Assembly (NCBI GenBank): GCA_012295275.1
Contig: CM022679.1
Coordinates: 8,184,001-8,248,000, forward strand
Length of the DNA: 64,000 nucleotides
Reading direction: 5' to 3'
Origin: Chrysomallon squamiferum
Lineage: Eukaryota > Animalia > Mollusca
Positions 44,677 through 59,400 of this stretch are shown here, one piece after another. The position numbers and the translations under genes are program-made. The notes under the pieces were generated by a model. The model was not told where the DNA came from. It saw nothing but the letters and a program-made list of their open reading frames with translations, and searched no databases. Numbering within the stretch: the first letter of the stretch is position 1; every line of letters starts with the position of its first letter.

Positions 44677-45249
44677 GTTATTATTATTACTGTTATTGTT
44701 ATCATCGTTATTATTATTTTTTTTAATTATTATTACTGTTATGATTATTATTATTATTATTATTATTATTACTGTTATTATCATCATCATCATCGTTATT
44801 ATTATTATAATTACTGTTATTGTTATTACTGTTATTGTTATTATCATCGTTATTATCATCATTATTATTATCATCATCATCACTATTATCATCATCACCA
44901 TCACTATTATTATCATTATATCATCATTACCACTATCACTATCATAATCTTTATTATAATCATCACTATTATGAATGTATGTTTGTGCAACATTTAATTA
45001 CACTGGTTTTTAAATCTTTATTGAACAGTATACTACAACGACGACTACCAAGAACGAATTTACCGCGGCTGCATGTACGTCGACGCGAAGACGTCGTGCA
45101 TACAAAGAACGGGAACATACCGGGTGAAGATTAAGTACTGCTACTGCGACACCGACGGCTGCAACGGTGCTTTCAGGATGCAAACGTCGTCACTTTTTGC
45201 TATGATAATTACTTCTGTGCTTGTATATTTATTTTCTAGACAACACTAG
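40857..45249 (+). CDS. Ly6/uPAR three-finger GPI-anchored protein 2, crooked/quiver-like, 138 aa: join(40857..40917,44472..44606,45029..45249)
   Basis: MMSLNVVLLFAFIALYTVQQGVA|LDCYQCNSYLKQDCWNLPEETASAYLKPCKANATACQKQSQELYYNDDYQERIYRGCMYVDAKTSCIQRTGTYRVKIKYCYCDTDGCNGAFRMQTSSLFAMIITSVLVYLFSRQH. Same 10-Cys pattern and same 61/135-nt exons as gene 1. Confidence 0.92.
42605..42950. repeat. Compound (AAAT)n/(AAAAT)n/(ATC)n/(ATT)n/(ATTT)n low-complexity tract
   Basis: direct reading. Confidence 0.9.
43791..43857. repeat. (GA)n microsatellite
   Basis: direct reading. Confidence 0.97.
44273..44459. repeat. (ATATA)n/(ATGTA)n pentamer array
   Basis: direct reading; abuts the Ly6 gene 2 exon 2 acceptor. 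Confidence 0.95.
44472..44606 (+). CDS. Ly6 gene 2 exon 2
   Basis: tttcag|...|gtaagg, 135 nt, GVALDCYQC...CQKQSQE. Confidence 0.93.
44613..44972. repeat. (ATT)n/(ATC)n trinucleotide tract filling Ly6 gene 2 intron 2
   Basis: direct reading; source of the spurious poly-L/I ORFs. Confidence 0.95.
45029..45249 (+). CDS. Ly6 gene 2 exon 3
   Basis: gaacag|...TAG; LYYNDDY...CYCDTDGCN plus hydrophobic tail; correct frame absent from the ORF track. Confidence 0.93.
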
Positions 45250-46228
45250 GACTAAATATCATTAACTTTTTTTTTTTTTTTCTAATTTTTTTTCTTTTTA
45301 AATTTTTTTTTTTTTTTTTGGGAAACCATGACTTCCTTGGGTCTTTATGTTGAACACTATTATTGTTGTTGTTGTTGTATTATTATTATTATTATTATTT
45401 ATGAATTATTATTATCATTATTACAATTATTGTTTTGCTGTTGCTTTTTTATTATTATTATATCATTAAAAATTATTATTATTATTATTATTATTATTGT
45501 AAGGCTATTATGTTTACGTGCCTTATTTTTAATAATTCAAAGAGAAATGTTATCTTTTTCTAAGTTTAAATAATAATAAATCACGCTAAAAAATTAAAAC
45601 TTCTATATTTACGCACTTACAACGTAATTTCAAATATTTGTATTTCGTGGTGAAATTATCAGTTTTTAAAAATTCGTGAACAGCGAAAAAAAAAATTCTG
45701 TCTATTAGAAACAGTAATGTTTTATAATTTCAATTCTTGTTGTAAACATCTCCAAGATCATCTGCATTTATTTGTCAGTATAACAAATTACGTTTATGCA
45801 ATATCGATCAAGTAGGATTATTCTTTTACAGATGTTTTTTTGCGAGTTTCAGAATGAATTACAAATGTATTTTACTTCAGGGATCGATATGCATTTATAA
45901 ATAATTTCGAGTAATGGAAACGTTCATTTGTTTTGTACATATTTTACTGCCTATATGTATATGTCAGGGTCTAAATCTTTATATCCGAGTGTGGGTTTAA
46001 ATGCGTGTACGTGTTTGCGTGTGCGAACGAGCGCGTGCGTGTGGGAAAACAAAAATATGCATATTCAGTCAATATCTTTAAAAAATAAATAAAAAATAAG
46101 GTGAGGTTGAAAAATGATTCTCTCGTAAGCTTTTTTGGAGTTTTATATTTTAAATATTTTTGGTGTTATAATCATATTATTCTGAACGATTCGTTTTCTT
46201 GTATAATTGCGTCTTGTTCAATTTTATG

Positions 46229-46263
<35 letters not shown>

Positions 46264-46735
46264 GTTTTTTTAATCAAGCACACAACAGTTATCACTTTAA
46301 AAGATGGTCACTGTATATTGTATATAATTCTGAAATTACCATCACTGTAGTTTGCGAATTAAAGAAAATAAAAATAGATTTGTTGTTGAGAAATATACAG
46401 TTGTAAACAAGAAGAGAAAACATACCTATATAGATGCATTGTAGTTCATATGTACTTGGAGTAGGATAGTGAATGATTCAGAAAAAAAAAAAAATATTGT
46501 TGTTTTATAGGCATATATATATATTTTTAATAATAAACAGATTTTAAAACATATTGTTTGTGTTTATTCTCATGATTTGAAGTAATGTTTTTTTTTTATT
46601 TCGGAACAATTACGTTAGACAATTTCCATATTATTATTATTATTATTATTGCTGTTGTTGTTTGATTATTGTTGTTACTACTACTATTACTCTTATTATT
46701 ATTCTTTATTTCTTTATTTATTTTATTCCATTTAT

Positions 46736-46773
<38 letters not shown>

Positions 46774-48107
46774 TTTATTTATTTTTTTTTTTAACGATAG
46801 GTTTGCATTAGACCGATATATATATTTATATCATATGTATTATAATGAAATTCAGTTCATTTTGAAGGTGAACTCTACCTCTATAATAATGCCCTTGAGA
46901 GATTATTCCAATACCATTACCATTTAATGTTCTGTTCACATTTTAGACCCATCTACGCCTTCTCACTTACGAACACGGAAGTTATAACATTAAAAACTAG
47001 TTTAAGACTTTAAAATCATCCTAATTTAGTAAAACCATTTGATTCATTGTTCACAGTGAAGAGGAAAAATGGCTTTTTCACATTTTCAGATATGTCTTGT
47101 TTCGTAGAAATGATTCTTCATTCGAATCAGCCGCAGGTGATTAACATTCTCAGATTGAAACTGGGCGCCATTTTGGTAAAATCAGCACTAAGGTCAGATG
47201 ACAGATGCGTGGAACTATGGGAATGCTACATATAGATGATCGTAACACAGTTGCCAAAGGCTTTGATCTCAGACAACTAAATATATCTAGAAGGACAGCA
47301 CTCATAGACAAAAATACAAAACCACTGCAAGCTAATTATGTTTTCGATACTTTGCTATTTGCCAGTATTAATTTAATAAGTCAACACTATTCAGAGCTCC
47401 AGATATCTTTGAACCAATGTGCATTAATTGATCATACATCAACCAAACAAAAGTTAAATATTTTAGAAAAAATCAAGCTAAAAAACCCAATAATTCTATT
47501 GTCATTATTGTCAGGACTATCACGAACTAAATCATTAATTTTTTTTCCTTTAATTCCTGATTCAACAATCTCCTTCAACATTTATCGCGCAATGAACAGT
47601 TGAAAAATTACTTTAAAAAAAATATTTTGTTTGAAATGAATAATTGGATACGTAGTCTGTGAAACAAGAGATTCTTCATTATTTCTTCAATACATAAATA
47701 AATGAGGAAATAAAATAAAATATTCAAAAAAAAAAAAAAAAAAAAAAAACAAAAAAAAAAAAAAAAGAAACTAGAAAATTAATAATTAAATAAATAAAAG
47801 AAAAGAAAAGAATTAAAAATAATATAAATGCACACACATACAGACACACACAAAGAACCTAAAAAACAACAACAAAAAAACAACAACAACAATACAATAA
47901 AATAAATTCATGCTTGACCGTTAATGATAAAACGTGTTCAGTTGTCTTTATTCATTCTTTCAATTTTCACACCTAGTCTACTCTTTATATATTAATAACC
48001 CTGTATAAGCGTTATTAAGTACTTAACGATAATAACATAATTAATTTTAAAATATATACAACAGCGACACATATAGTAATAAGAAGAAAAAGAAGAAGAC
48101 AACAACA

Positions 48108-48163
<56 letters not shown>

Positions 48164-48266
48164 TACTTCAATACTAAAAATAATAACATTATTATTATTA
48201 TTATTATTATCTTGATCATTAACATCATCGTCGTTTTTGGTATTATTATTATTATTTTAAATGAAG

Positions 48267-48297
<31 letters not shown>

Positions 48298-48737
48298 TGA
48301 ACGATAAAAAGTAGGGCAAAGAAATCGGGTATTTTTGTCGTCTGTCAATATAATTGAGGACAGACAGACTTGTCGTCTGCACATCGCTACAAAATGGCGT
48401 TCTTTAATTCGTTGACTTTCAAATGAACTTCAACTCATCTGCTGACATTAATTATAACACCCCCCCCCCCCAAGGCAGCCTATTGAAAGGCAAAATTAGT
48501 TCGGTTTATGTTACATTTCAATATCGAAATACATTTATTGTGCGATTCGTAAAATAATCTGCCTGTAATATGATAGTGGTTATGTGTTCTAGATTGTTCG
48601 AAAAACAAACAGACAGACAGCCAGAAGGAGATCGAGTTTTAAGATATCGTGTACATACATTCATATATTCATGCAGAAACTAAAGACATATACGTATATA
48701 CGTACTCATTTACTCACATTTTTGTTTGTACATATAC

Positions 48738-48770
<33 letters not shown>

Positions 48771-50062
48771 TATATACATACATAAATTTAGATACAGAAA
48801 ACCCATATAACCCATAACAATTATATTCGAGTTAATTACAGTCTGAATTACCTGTATATTTGTGTGTTTGTATGTGTCTGCGTGTGCGTGTTTGTCTTTG
48901 TGTTTGTCTCTGTGACCTTATTGAGCGTCATTCTTCCGTTTATTTATTTTATTTTTATTTTTCTTCAACCCATTTGATCAAATGTCAACACTGCTAAACA
49001 GGTGACATCTATGAGTTTATGCTGACCCTTAGCGTTACGTAACCTTATCCAAAAGCGGTTATAACCGAAGGCAACCACACTTTTAATGTTAAATAACATC
49101 ATTCCGTAGCTTAATGACAATTTCGACCTCTATGCTAGTCCAAAAAAAAAAAAAAAAAAATAATAATAATAATAATAATAATTATAGGGGCGAATCAAAG
49201 ATTTCTGAAAGTGAGGAGTGTTGTTCTGTAATAATGTGGTCGAATTTTATAAAATGATAAAGATTATATCAGTTTCTGTCTGTCTGTCATATATAACCTC
49301 TAAATAACTTTACATGTTCAGCTACATGTAATAAAAAAATTAGCATTAAAACTTTTATCAGTAATTAGAAAATAAATTTATTTTTGAAAGTGGTCGAATT
49401 AGAAAATAAACTTTGTTGTTTTTTCAATTTAAAACTTCCTTATCATAACCTGCGTACTTAAACGAATGTGATCCACAAGCCAGTTTTAGTATAATGGGGT
49501 TTTTTTTTTTTTTTTTTTTTTAAATATATGGATTTTAGATTTTTTTAATTTTTCTGATTCATTGCAGTTCTAATGATTTTTTCTTTTCTTTTCTTTTTTT
49601 TTTTTTGTTTTTTTTTTTTTTATTATTTTTTTTTTTTTGTTGTAATAAACTTTCTTTTTCAAATAAAATAGTTTTTATTGTTTTTAAACCACTGTAAATT
49701 TTTTAACAAAAACTAAGAAAACAATATTTTCTTTTTTGCACTTCTCAGTATGTATTAACCTTTTTTATAAGTCAGATCAATATATATTCACCGAATATTG
49801 TTTTACCTAAGCATTTGTTATTCAACATCAATTTTTTTTTTTTTTTTTTTTTTTTAATCTCTTACTCTCATATGGTTATAATCTTCTTAGCTGTATAGTG
49901 TTATATAATTTATATCACCCTGTGATAAAACCTACTAACAAATGCTCGGTTGTTAAAACAGTAATTAGCTGTTGTTTTGCCGTGGTTTTTTTTTGTTTAT
50001 TTGTTTTTGTGTTATTGTTTGGGTTTTTTGTGTTGTTTTTTTTGTTTGTTTTTTTTTTTTGT

Positions 50063-50065
<3 letters not shown>

Positions 50066-50117
<52 letters not shown>
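50066..50117. repeat. (TG)n microsatellite
   Basis: direct reading. Confidence 0.95.
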
Positions 50118-50119
<2 letters not shown>

Positions 50120-50476
50120 ACATAAGCGCACATAATTGGCATGCACATATTAAAATAACAGATTTTTATTCAGATCTTAAAATATAGCTGACAGCTTGCA
50201 AATATTTTAAAGACTGATTTTCGTTTTAACTGCGTAAGCCACAAAAACGTTTTCCAGAAAAGTATATTCTGGTTACTTGTTCAGTAACATTGAACTAGTT
50301 AATAACGAGTTATTTCCCTTTATATATTTTTTATTAAATAAAGGAAGAAAAAATTCAATATGATTCATTTATTTGTCAATATCATAAAGATATCGTTTTT
50401 CAGACAAAGATTACGTAAAAACTGATTTCGAAAGGTCGAATATTTAATACGGAATGAAATAGAATCAGTAATTTTT

Positions 50477-50745
<269 letters not shown>

Positions 50746-51677
50746 TTAATACAGATATGTCAGATATTTGAATACATTTCAAACGAACAAATCAAAAAAC
50801 AATAAATAAAAAAATAAATAATGTTATTATTTCCGAAATCCATAAAAAGGATATTAAAATCATCTGAGTTAAAACGGCTTTTAATACAAGTAACATTTCA
50901 CTGTAAAGAAAACAAATATTTCGTTTCGTAAAAAAAAAAAAAAAAAAAAAAAAAAATGGGGATTGCTAGTGGTGTGATTGTCTAATAATTCGTCTGTGAA
51001 ATATGGGCAATATATCATTTTATACATTCCTTCGGAAACAGCAGTTACACTCTTTCTTGCACTGTACTCATTCATACTCATGGTCGAGACAGGGATGTCA
51101 ATCGACATTGGGTAATATATCAGCGTAACAACCGCCTCTGTCACTGATCGAGCAGATGTTCTGATTTTGTCTATTAAAAATAATGTATTCCGTTATTCTG
51201 AACGGAGCGTTGGATAATACAGTTTTTCATGGTACTGGAGTGCTGTCTGTTGTTCATTTTATTCCGAGTGTAAAACGGGACGGTTTTCCTCGCTAACAGC
51301 TTGTCTGGTGGGATTCAGCAGGCTGATTTTAATACTTTATATTTCAGTATTTTATATTTAAGATACGTAGATAAAAATTTCTTTAGATGAAGAATGGTGT
51401 ATAATAATATGCATCTGAGTAACTAAATATGTTCTCCCGTGTCTCTAAAGCAACAGGCACTGCCAGAAATTAACAAATATTAAATGAAATATTTTAGTAT
51501 AATATTATACGTAAACTGAAAGGAGATGTTATGCTATATTTCTTTCCATTCATCCATCATTTATTTTTCTATCCTTCTTGTGTATTTCTGTTAATCATTT
51601 TGTCTTTTTTTTTTGTTCTTGCTTCTTATTTGTGTGAGTCTGTCATACTAACTTTCAATACACTTATCTATCCATTT

Positions 51678-51818
<141 letters not shown>

Positions 51819-53075
51819 TTATATCTACATACTCAATTGGAAATGTATACATAAACAACAATTTCTGTTCTACGAAAGAATGAACCAAATAATTACACAC
51901 AAAAGGGCCGGCTTAATTTTTATTATTATTATTTTTATTTTATTTATTTAAAGTTCGGCTGCTTTAGCTGTAAATAAAAAAAACACAAAACCAAATCAAT
52001 AACGCATTATACAATTGTAACAGAGATTGTTTTTTGTTTTTTTTTATCAGATATTCATCTAAACTGATTGAATCATTGGTAACAAAGTGTAGAGCCTGAA
52101 GTAATTACACATCTGGCGTATTCGGATCTATATATGTACACAACTTGATTCAATAATAACCCGGCCATACTGACAGATTAAATATGTATCATCGCAAATC
52201 TCGTTTTTTTTCTAATAACGCTCGACTGCATTCAGCGTGTTCTTCCCAGAATGATCAAAAGGAATAAATGCAACATTTAATTAAAAATAAAATAACTAAT
52301 ATTGATAAAAAAAAAAAAAAAAAAAAAAATCCAAACAAACAATGACTTCACTCCTACCCGGCAGACATTTTAAGTTCAACGAACACCAGCTTCGGTTCAA
52401 TCATTCCGTATTAATATTTATTTTTAAAAGAACTAGATTTATGTTGTTATTTATTACTTAGCCTCCACTCCACTCCCCCCACCACCACACCCCCCCATCA
52501 CGAAGATTTTCTGTTAAACGTTATTTTACAAGAATTATCGGAGATACTTCAAAATTGTATTAGAACCGAAACACTTCACGTGTGTGATTCTTGTTTTTCC
52601 TGCATTGTACGGTTCTAAGTCTCAGCAGGTGCTGACCATGTATGGACTGTCGGGAGCAAATAATCTTGTTAGTTTGCCGTCCTGATATATCAGATCTAAA
52701 CGGCCATCTTAAATACAAAATAATCGCGAAGACCTTGTCTCGAGCTCTGCTACCCAATTACGCTCGGGTCTCTTGTTACGGCATTGATTTCTTCTCAGAA
52801 CAGAAACGCCGAATCGATCTTCAGCGCCGTTTGACACGACGGTGTCGCCAGCTACAAATCTGGAAAAGCAGGTGGACCGTTTAGTTCAGAGAAATATAGT
52901 GTGCAAAACCAGAAAAGTATTTCGTTTTTTTTTTTCGTTTTTTAATTATTGTTATTTTTTTATTTTTTTTTATGATATGTATTTATTTAATATGTTATAT
53001 AAAATGGTTCTGATTCAAATTTCAGTTCTTTCCATAATTCAGTGCGGCTTATTACAACGTAATAATTTTAATAAT

Positions 53076-53078
<3 letters not shown>

Positions 53079-53157
<79 letters not shown>
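53079..53157. repeat. (CT)n microsatellite
   Basis: direct reading. Confidence 0.97.
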
Positions 53158-53162
<5 letters not shown>

Positions 53163-53734
53163 ATTAAATTTCTTTAAAATATCCAGAGCAGACAGCCATT
53201 CTGTCTGTTTTTCAGACTAAAGTTGAATTTCCTACAGCAGTCTACTGGTGGTATTTGTATTCTTATCCTAAAGTAATGACAAATGGCGATTTATCACGGA
53301 TTAGACTAAATATCTGTATGATCAGACAGATCAAATTATCATTGATAAAAATTACATTAATTAGCCTAAAGAACAACAATTTATTTGTTTATTTATAAAA
53401 TGTTCCATTGTTCCATGATGAAGAAATCGGACGTTACGGGGACAAAATATTTAACTGCATTTTTTTTTTTTTAAGCAGTATACTACAATTTAGTTGAAAG
53501 AAAGGCTTCGTTTTAGACTAAGAAATCGAAGGAAATTATACCATACATTATCTGCAACAGTAACTCTTTTGAAACATCATTTCTCCGATTCAGATGCATT
53601 TTCTTTTTACAATAAAGCATAAATTCTGAAATATTTCATATTATAATGAAACTAACAACAACAACAACAAAACAGCAATAATAATAATAATTATAACAAT
53701 AAAAATAATAAATTTGAATTCATTAATTAATTAA

Positions 53735-53776
<42 letters not shown>

Positions 53777-54114
53777 TATTATTATTGTTGTCGTTGTTGT
53801 TGCTGTTGGAATCATCATCAACATCATCATAACAATAACAACAACACATAATATCGTACATCAAGAAGCAGACCAGAGAATACAATTCACCCTTAACATT
53901 TCTGAATCCGTTCCTCTGACTATTTGTGTATTGATATTAATAGCTTGTCTGCTATCGGGGATTTTGTTAGTACTATTAGCCACAGTCACAAACAACATAC
54001 GGGATTTTCGAGTGTTATGATAAATATATTTCAGAAATGCTATAAAGCTAAACTGTCAAGCAGATTAGGAACCTAATGAAAATTTTGTATTTGGCATTTA
54101 CAACTCGGACCTTA

Positions 54115-54252
<138 letters not shown>

Positions 54253-54982
54253 ATTAACCATTTTTAAAGACTCGCCAGTGATATGTCATTCTGCTATTTA
54301 TTCATTTTATCTGTAAGATTTATTTTGAAAAAGATAGAAGTAAACCATTCACATTCGGCACAATCTTTAAAAAAATGTAGATTAAAATGGTTTGAACTTT
54401 AACATACACTTTGAAATCGTGACAATGTTTTTTTCTACTTGCATTATTTACAGAGTAATAACATACTATCTTCCTTGATTACTAATATATACCTGACTTT
54501 GTCCTCTATTACTAACTTCCTTTTTTTTTTTTTTTCACCTTTAAAAGAACATGCATTATATCGTTAATCAAATGCTGGTTTGTTTTGTTTTGTTTTTTTT
54601 GTTTTTGTTGGCAGCAAGTCAACAGCTCATACGTTTTGTCAAAGGAAACTGGATAGGTGTGTGTGGTTGTGCGTGGTGTGTGTGGGTGTGTGGCGGATCT
54701 AGAGGGGAGATTCAAGATGTCCGGAACCCCTTCAAATAGAGAAGTGCCCCTTTTATTTAGGATTTTTAAACATTTCTGACAGTGTAGAGAACATTTTATT
54801 TATTATTTTTCATTAACTGAAGTTAAGTGATGAAACGTTGTGGTTGCATTGAAACCCTATAATTATAAATAGCGCTTATAAATACTTTAGTACAAAAATG
54901 TAGTTAAGAAAAAAAAAGTAAAACAGCAACAACAACAAAATAATAATAATAATAATAATAATGACAACAACAACTACAACAC

Positions 54983-54984
<2 letters not shown>

Positions 54985-55040
<56 letters not shown>
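54985..55040. repeat. (GA)n microsatellite
   Basis: direct reading. Confidence 0.96.
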
Positions 55041-55041
<1 letters not shown>

Positions 55042-55539
55042 AGAACAAATGGAATAAGAAGAAACCTTAATTATTAATCACCATTACATAAATATCGGAA
55101 TTATGTTGCTGCACTTTTAGAAAAATAAAATTATGTAATACACTGTAATTTTTGAAATTCAATAATTGTGAATATATATTTAGTTTAAAATATTATAAGA
55201 GGTATTTTACAAATACTAATATATGTATAAATTATATAAAATTTTGTTTTTCGATTTATAAAAAAAGTAAGGATATGAAATTATAAAATGTCAATGAATG
55301 AAAATTACTTATATATCACTACATTGGCTCTTAAGTTTTACGATGCTTATGTTATTGTGAAACATTTAACTAAAAAAAGTTTAATAATAAAACTGAAAAC
55401 AACAACGATTTTGTATTATAAAATATATAAATATTTTTTCTTTCAGTCTTATTAATAGGCTTTTCATTCGAAATGATTTTTTATTTTTTATTTTATATTT
55501 TATTTTTTTCACCTCTGTATAAAATAATTTGCTTTGATG

Positions 55540-55711
55540 TTCACCGGCGGAAGAGGAAATTTAGCGACATCTATCGATACTCTGAACATGCGCGGAAGTG
55601 AATCTGAATATTGAGATTATTCACAAGAATTTAGGGAAAATGTCTGTCAGTTTTATTTTACTGATAATAATATAATAAATAATGACAACGTTAGACTCAT
55701 ACATTGCATAG
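55540..55711 (+). promoter_or_regulatory. WDFY3: WDFY3 promoter and non-coding first exon
   Basis: CpG cluster with ETS motifs CGGAAG (55548, 55593), DRE TATCGATA (55572-55579), CTCF-like TAGCGACATCTATCG (55562-55576); perfect donor ag|gtaagt at 55711/55712; acceptor aacag at 56282 just before the ATG. Confidence 0.65.
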
Positions 55712-56290
55712 GTAAGTGCTCAAGTGAATATAGATGTTTTTGTTTTGCGAAAACAGATCGATACTTCCTGTTCCAAGTGTCAATTTTGACGTTTGCTAAA
55801 TTATTTTCTATTTCGCTTGTCAACAGTCTCGCTTCTGATTTCTTATTAGATTATCGTGTCAGTGATGATTGTACCGTAGAACTGTCATTACTTAAAACAG
55901 AAACTTGAATGAAAAAACCCTAAAAAACAACAAAACATTACTAAATGAAAGAAATGAGAATTCTACTTCAAGTATTTCATTTATAAAGTGTAGTAATGTA
56001 AACGTAACAATCATGATATTACCATGTTGAGAACTACCACTACAGATATTCGAACAATGCAGCAGGTACGACTTTTTCTTAAAAGAAATATATATTAATA
56101 TTTAAAGATATAGGTTGAATGAATTACTATCAGTTGTTATGGATATATAATATTATGAAAGTTAAAAATAAAGAGAAAATATTAACTGTTTTTCTTTTCA
56201 AATGTTTTAATAAAAATAAAAATGAAATGTTATTATCACATGTACATAAACAAAACACAATGCTTTTATTTATTTACAACAGTAATAAAG

Positions 56291-56482
56291 ATGAGTTTTA
56301 TGAAAAAACTGGTAGGGATGAAGTCGGTGCCTGATCTTGCAAAACAGTCCCATGTTCAGGACAATGCACTGGGGCTGATGCATCTGCGCAAACTGTTTGC
56401 TGAGTTTCGTCATCCTGCTCCAAAAGCTACACAGAAAGATCAGGAAGACAAACTCTACACAATGCTGCCTCTGTTCTGTAAG
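56291..56482 (+). CDS. WDFY3: WDFY3 coding exon 1
   Basis: MSFMKKLVG...KLYTMLPLFCK|gtaaga. Confidence 0.93.
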
Positions 56483-59400
56483 GTAAGAAATATTTTAATA
56501 TCGAGATAAAATTTAAAAAAATGGCAATTTTGAAACAAATTTATATTTTTATTTATTTTTTAAACTATTGTTGTTTTAAATTAAGAACTTAAAACTTTAT
56601 TATTTCTATTATCTTTTTTGTATTCTTTTTTCTTTAAAAATAAAATCAACAGCAAAAGAACCTTTAATAACACACAAAATCTACCATTCTTTTTTCAGTA
56701 GTCTTTATTTATTTATATATTTATCTATTTTTTCTGGTCATTAAAATTTTTAAAATGTAACATTTCTTTACAGGTCTTTGAAAATGCTCCAGCAAATGAA
56801 ATGACAGAAAAGTGGGGAGACATTCTTCAGTTTTGTAGTCACGTTTCTAAACTGATGGTCACAGAAATTAGACGCCGGGCATCTAATCAGTCAACAGGTA
56901 ACCCTTAACTTTTATCATTTTTCTTTCACAGTATAAATAAGTTTCTTATACTGCCTTCAGTTTGGAAACGTTTTAAATCAGTCCTTAATGAAAGTAATTT
57001 TTGTCACAAAGTTATTTTTTGAATATATTGTAACATTAACATACTTAATTTCTCCAAACCTGAATTTCTCATTAGCTAACTACTAGTATTTACTTTCTTA
57101 TCTTGAAATGAAATGGGTAAAGAACATTGTAAATGTAATGCACATGTGGTTGTATTTTCTGTTCAGAATAATATGATTCGAAAACATTCATATTTGATCC
57201 AGATAATGTATCAGTGTTAAAATATACAATATTTATTTAGTAAGATAAACAATATACTCTTTTCTGAAGATTTTTCTTTTATGTACAGTTTAATAAAACA
57301 TTTTTTAAATTGGTTATGATTCAAGAGGCAGCAAGCTGTGCTATTGTGAAATTTTTGGAGATTGAATCTTCTGAAGATAACAGTAATGGCTGGACCCTGC
57401 TGAGCACCATCAACTTGTTGTCTGTTGGTGACCAGGCTCTGATAGACTGCATGACAGCAGCATCACTGCCATCCACCCTCGTCAAGTGTCTCTACCTCTT
57501 CTTTGATCTGCCCCCTATCCCAGAGGATGACAAACTGATGGAAGGATGTGAGTTCACAACCACAGAAAGACGAGTGTTATTACAGAAAATATTTGTACAG
57601 GTAAATTGTTGTTTTTTGTTTTTTATTTGAATAAAGTAATAAAATTTTGAGATGTTCATGTATATTATATTAAATAGAATATGTTATTGACTAAAATGCA
57701 GTGTTTATAAATTGCAAGTTTATAACGTATCTTTCTTAAGTACTTAAATAAAACACTTCACATATGTTTAGAAATTATAATATTTTTATAGTGAAATGGA
57801 TTTTTGATTGAAATGATACTACAGCTTTGATGAATAAAAAAAAAAAAGAAACCCACAAAAACATCTTTACTTTTAACATTCACCAGTTTATTTAAGTCTT
57901 AGTGACATCACTGATAATGAAACTAAAGTATATTAAAAGACAAATGTTATTTATCTTTATTTATCATTTTAAAAAAAAAAAATTTGTTTTAATACTAGGT
58001 GTTGGTGCGGTTGTGTAATCACATTTCTCCAGCAGAAGAACTGGCAAAGAAGGACGATCTTAGTTTGTTATTCAGTGCAATATCCAGCTGGTGTCCCCCA
58101 CAGAATGTTCCCTGGCGAAAGAGTGCTGCTGAGGTCCTTGTCACCTTGTCACGACATGGATTATCTCCCCCTGTTGTCAAATATATTCATGGTACATATT
58201 CATTGCAGTATTTAAAATAATCATAATCATAATCTTAATTATAAATTAAAAAAAGTTTAAAAATTAAATTTTTCAAAAACATTAAAGGATATTATGACAC
58301 CATTATTAATAAATTATTTATAAACATTTTTTAATTTTATTTCAAAATGAACTTTTAAGAAAACAGTTTATTGATAAAAAAAATATTATTTAATAAATAA
58401 AATGTTTTTTTTTCTTCACTGTTAATATTTTATTTGAAACAGTTTTATTCCTTACATGAAATTGTTTTCTTTATCATTAAAATCTCTTCACTGTAGGTAC
58501 AATGAAAAATAACATAGCTTTGTGCTGTAAGAGTTCGTTATTTTTCAGTTTTTAGAAATCAGCAGTCTCGCTGATATGAAATCTTTTTCTTTTGCTTTAC
58601 AAAGAAGGATATTGGTCTGATTTTAACTTTTTGACTATTATAAAATTTTTAAATTTTATTTTTCAGACAAAGGATGTGTGAGACACTGTCTGGAGAACAT
58701 GCAGAGAGTGCAGGAACTGTCACCGCTGGAACTGGTAGAGATGTTTGTCACATGTTTCTGTTTTCTCAAAGATTCTAGTGAAGTCTCCCAGGTCTTGTTA
58801 GATGATTTCAGAGCAGCGCAAGGATACGTTTATCTCTCAGAATTCCTCTTGAGGTAGGCTTACTTTTCTTTGCTGACTCACTGTCAACATTTATCTGTCA
58901 AGTTTCTGGATCTTAATTTTTATTTATTTTACGTAAAATTAATTCCCATAGTTTATTTTCATTATTTGTGATGGTTTGGAAAATAGTGGAATTTTATTCT
59001 TTAATATTAAAATATCAAAATTTTAAACCTTTGTTATTTGCAAAATTAATTCCCCAGTTTATTTTTATTATTTATAACCTTTTGAAACTCACTGTCATTC
59101 AAAATTAAAACATCTGTCATGAACAAGATTTTTCTGGATCTTAATTTTTATTAAAGAAGTGTTAGTTATTCATATCTGCAGATGTAATTAATCTTTTCTG
59201 TTTAGAATTAAAAGCAATGCTTTTGTGTTGTCCTGTCATTAGATGGCTAAAAGTTTCTTCATTTGCAGAGTTGATTTATTGGTATTTTTAAGCACGAATC
59301 CTGATTGTGAAATATTCAACAGTGATTATTGCATTTTAAAATCTCAGTGGGTCAACTGTCAACTTTCAACAGAATAAAAGTATATAATGTGTGTGTGTGT

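Noticed and set aside
52560-52618. miRNA-like hairpin
   Set aside because: Only a 9-bp stem; the interior does not pair and no known mature miRNA was recognised
54690-54755. GGCGGATCTAGAGGGG..CCGGAACCCC MITE-like terminus
   Set aside because: Resembles common invertebrate MITE ends, but no partner inverted repeat found and family cannot be assigned
58876-59153. Shuffled short duplications in WDFY3 intron 5
   Set aside because: Real but degenerate local duplication with no evident functional consequence
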